Assembly (NCBI RefSeq): GCF_963921235.1
Contig: NC_086100.1
Location: 200,820,001 to 200,884,000, forward strand
DNA: 64,000 bases
From: Mobula hypostoma
Taxonomy: Eukaryota
Direction of reading: 5' to 3'
In this document: piece after piece, positions 59,516 to 64,000 of the stretch
How the letters are laid out: every line of letters begins with the position of its first letter
How positions within the stretch are numbered: position 1 is the first letter of the stretch
Position numbers and translations under genes: made by a program
Notes under the pieces: model-generated
Told to the model about the DNA's origin: nothing
Seen by the model: only the letters and a program-made list of their open reading frames with translations
Databases searched by the model: none

Positions 59516-62500
59516 CCTTTTTTTTTAAATCTTTTCATTATTATTATCCAAAATTAACACAAGTACATCAAAGTAAACAACACATACAATGTCTCAAGAA
59601 AAAAAAACATTATTTTAAAGATTGAAAAAATTTTGGTGATTTAAAAAAACCCTACTAAGCAAGAAAAAGTGGGGAAAAAACCCATTAGGTGTTCAACCCT
59701 AGAGCTGTGCGTCATACAAAAAGCTTCTAAAGATAAACAGCAAACCGCCAGCAAGAAAAAAAATGTACCAAAAATTTACAATTAGATCGTGGAGGAATTA
59801 ACTCAAATGATAATAACGAGCAAATGAACCCCATCTTTTCTCAAAGCCAAACAGGTTCAAAGGTTCGACTTCTAATTTTCTCCAAACTAAGACATAGCAT
59901 CAGTTGAGAGAACCATTGTGACAAAGTGGGAGCCAATGTATCCTTCCACTTCAACAAAATGGCCCTCCTAGCTATCAAGGTAACAAATGCAATAACATGT
60001 TGGTCAGACACAGAGATATCACAGATATTTTGAGGAATTATTCCAAAAAGCACAGTTAATTTGTTAGGTTGTAAATTAATTTTAAGTGCTTTAGAAATTG
60101 TCGAAAAAACTGACTTCCAGAACTGTTCCAGTATAAAGCAAGACCAAAACATGTGTGTCACTGTAGCTGTCTCAGTTTTACATCTATCGCAATAACTATC
60201 AACATTAGGGAATATTTTCGACAATCTCTCCTTCATCAAATGTTAACGATGTACAATTTTAAATTGAAGCAGTGAATGACTAGCACAGATCGAAGAAGAG
60301 TTAACCAGCTTCAGAATCCGCGTCCAATCCTCCGTCATAAAAGTCAAATTGAGTTCCTTTTCCCAATCTTGTTTAATCTTAAATAAAGGATGCTTATCCC
60401 ATTGTAATAGTAAATTATAAATTCTTCCAATGGAACCCTTCATTGAAGGGTTCATACTTATAATAGTATCTAACAGATCAGCATCCAGGAAAATTACTTA
60501 AATATTTTTGTAAGAAATGTCTAACTTGAATGTATTGTAAAAAGTGTGAGTACGAAAGAGAATATTTATCAACTGATTGTTCAAAAGACATCAGTCTATC
60601 TTCTTTAAATAAATCCAAAAAAGGAATTAATACCTTTATTTTTTCAAAGTAAAAATAATTGGATCACTCAAAGGAGGCTTAAAAAAGTAATTTCAATAAA
60701 TAAAACTACAAAGTTTAAATTTTTTAAGATTAAAAAAATTGTGGAACTGGAGCCAGGTTTGTAAAGAATGCTTAATCACAGGTTACACGTTTAAATGAGC
60801 AACTTTAGTTAATTGTATAGGTAAAGCAGCTCCCAATAACGAGGTTAAATAAAACTGTTTCACAGCTTTCAATTCCAAGTCTACCCAAACTGGCCGATCG
60901 TTCTTATCAACCCAATATAACCAAAAGGACATGTATCACACATTAACAGCCCAATAATACATTCTTAAATTAGGCAAAGTGAGACGTCCATCCTTTTTCA
61001 ACTTTTGCAAGTGACGTTTACTAATTCTTGGTCTTTTATTGTTCCAAACAAAAGATAAAATAATAGAATCAATCTGTTCAAAAAACTTCTTAGTCAAAAA
61101 AAAACAGGGATATTCTGAAATAAATATAAAAATTTTGGTAAAATCATCATTTTGACTATATGGATGCGACCAACAAGTGAAAATGTAAGTGGACTCCATC
61201 TACTAAATAAATACTTCATAGAGTCTACCAAGGGAACAAAATTGGCTTTATAAAGATCCTTATATTTTTTAGTGATTATAACACCTAAATATCTAAAAGA
61301 ATCTATGACTTTGAAAGGAATATTATTGTATATAGAAACAGATTCATTTAAAGGAAACAATTCACTTTTACTAAAATTTATTTTATATCCTGAAACATCT
61401 CCAAATTCATTAAATAATTTCAGCAAGGCAGGAATAGATTCCTCCGGATTAGATATATAAACCACTAAATCGTCAGCGTAAAGAGAAATCTTATGAATGG
61501 TCTCATTCACAAAAATCCCATAAATGTTTTTAGCTTCACGAAGAACAAGGGGTTCTAATATTAAATCAAATAACAAAGGACTTAATGGACAACCTTGTCT
61601 TGTCCCCGTGAAAGCTGAAAAAAAGGAGACCTACAGTTATTAATAATAACAAGCAGTAATAGGAGCTTTATATAGCATTCTAATCCAATTATTAAAATTA
61701 ATACCAAAGCCAAATTTCTCTAAAACATTAAATAAATATTTCCATTCGACTCGATCGAACGCTTTTTCAGCATCCAAAGAGACGACGCATTGTGGAGTTT
61801 TAAGAGGACGAATATATAATGTTACATAGTCTCCGAACATTTGAAAAAGAATAATGACCCTTTATAAAGCCTGTTTGATCTTTAAAAATAATTTTACCCA
61901 AAATATTCTCCAACTGATTGGCCATTATCTTTGACAGAATCTTAGCATCAACATTCAGTAATGAATCATTAGTGAATCAGTACAATCAGTAGGATCTTTT
62001 TCCTTTTTAAGAATTAAAGAAATAGAAGCCTCATAGAAAGCAGAAGGTAAATCACCTTTCACAAAAGAATCCTTAAATATTTCCAACATGTACGGAGAAA
62101 GCAATTTTACAAATTTTTTATAAAATTCTACAGGATAGCCATCAAGTCCAGGGGCCTTACCAGATTGCATTGAAATAATAGCTTTATGAATTTCGGCTTC
62201 AGTAATTTGGGCATCAAGAGTTTTGTGATTCTCAACAGAAATTTTAGAAAAAGCAATCTTTCTACTGGACATTGCGATTTATAAAGTTCTGTATAAAAAT
62301 CTTGAAAAATCTTATTAATTTCTTCATATTCCCAAGCCAGGGTACCATCTTTCCTACGGATTTTCAAAATTTGCCTTTTGGCTGCAGCCATTTTTAATTG
62401 AGATGCAAGTAGTTTATTATTTTTATCTCCAAACATATAAAATTGGCTCTTTAACTTAAGCAAATAGCCTTCAATAGGATGAGTTAATAATAGGTTATAT

Positions 62501-64000
62501 TGTAATTGAAGTTCCACCCTTTGTTTAAATAAATCAATATTAAGGGAAATTGCATAAATATTAGCTAAGTCTTTAATTTGTTTTGAAATCTTATCCAATT
62601 CTACTTTAGTCTGTTTTTTAAGCTTAGCTGAATAAGAACTGATCTAACCACGTAAAAATGCTTTAAATGTATCCCATATAATTAATTTGGACATTAAAAA
62701 GAAAAAATTCTTTTGTCTGGGTTTCAATGAAACTGACAAAGTCAGCGAGTTTCACAATAATGTCTGAGACAGGCGCCAAGGTGAACGGGCAAGAATGACA
62801 TCATCAAATTCAAAAGACAAACCCAGAGGCGCATGACCAGATATAGCAATAGTGTCATATTCACAATTTTTTAACACTAGGCAAGAAGCGAGGATAGATT
62901 AGAATATAATCGATCCTCAAATATTTTTTATAAACATGTGAAAAGAAAAAATATTCTCTGTTATCAGGGTGTAGATATCTCCATAATTCAATCAATCCGA
63001 AATCAGTCAAAAATGAGTTAATAAGTGACGCAGAGTGATTTGGAAGTCGCTGATTGGTTGAGCTCTTGTCAATCAAAGGATTTAAACAACAGTTAAAATC
63101 CCCACCCATTATCAACATATATTCATTTAAATCAGGCAGTAAAGCAAATACCTTTTTAAAAAAAGAAAAATCATCTAAATTAGGACTGTACAAATTGACC
63201 AAAACAACTTTTCTGTTACTGATCACTCCTTTAACAATTAAAAATCTACCATTAAAATCTGACTCAGTATCCTCTTGAGTAAATATATTGGATTTAATAA
63301 AGATGGACACGCCCGTAGTTTTACTCGGAGAAGTGGAGCGAAACTGCAAACCCCTCCACCATCCAAAAAATCTATTTTGGTCTCCTGCCCTGATATGTGT
63401 CTCTTGAGCAAAAATTATATCAGGTTGGAATCGGTTAATGATTTTAAAAGTCTTTTTTCGTTTGATAGGATGATTCCAACCACGTACATTCCAACTTATT
63501 ACATTAATTGGTTTAAATACCATACTATAATTTTATTCTACTTTACACATGCGCAGAGCACGTACCAGTACAGGATGATCAAAAATGGCGGCAATGAAGA
63601 ATACAACCACATAGAAAACACGCATGCTCCGAAACCACCCAATGGGAAAAAATTCCTAACTCTAACCCCACCCTCCACCCCCCAAAGCCCGAAAAAAAAG
63701 CAGACACCCTATGATAGAATACGAAGCCAGAGACTGCACTGTCTGTACAGAAGAAATTTTTAAAAGATTCTCCCTCCCTCCCCCAGTTAAAAAAAAACGA
63801 CTGACCTTGTAAGAGGAACGATAAAGTCTCAACAAAGGAAAGTTTGCATTCCAGCATCTACAAGCTATCCCATATTTATATTTAATCTTTTTTTAAACAA
63901 GAAAGAACCAAAATAATGTTACCTCTTATGAAGAAAAACCAGTGCCATTTTTAAATTTAGCATTAAATCCCTAAAAAAAACTTTAAATTCTGTTATAAGA
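59516..64000 (-). mobile_element. L1 LINE, full-span but disrupted ORF2, within an IDH3B intron
   Basis: ORF2 start 63523 [52 protein letters not shown]-rich (polyA) end near 59516-59526. Confidence 0.93.

Overview
Vertebrate genomic DNA, probably a cartilaginous fish (a ray-like repeat repertoire; this is inference), made up mostly of nested, decayed transposable elements: CR1 LINEs, L1 and Tx1 LINEs, Rex1/Babar, an RTE-derived element, Penelope-like elements with hammerhead-ribozyme motifs, Tc1, Tigger/pogo, hAT, several class-I (epsilon/gamma-like) endogenous retrovirus remnants, and large simple repeats. The only host gene I can recognise is the 5' part of IDH3B (mitochondrial NAD-dependent isocitrate dehydrogenase beta) on the + strand. 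Its first exon (35583-35621) lies in a CpG island, directly behind a 38-bp tandem repeat, and two further exons are at 58700-58807 and 59190-59310. The most unusual object is an antisense provirus (48390-55142) inside the first IDH3B intron, with the layout LTR-gag-protease-[HxT...HxT, 2H-phosphoesterase-like domain]-deleted RT-RNase H-integrase-env stub-LTR. It also carries a 255-bp non-viral insert flanked by a 15-bp direct repeat and a Tigger insertion. Element boundaries were read by eye and are approximate unless a TSD, TIR or splice site is quoted.
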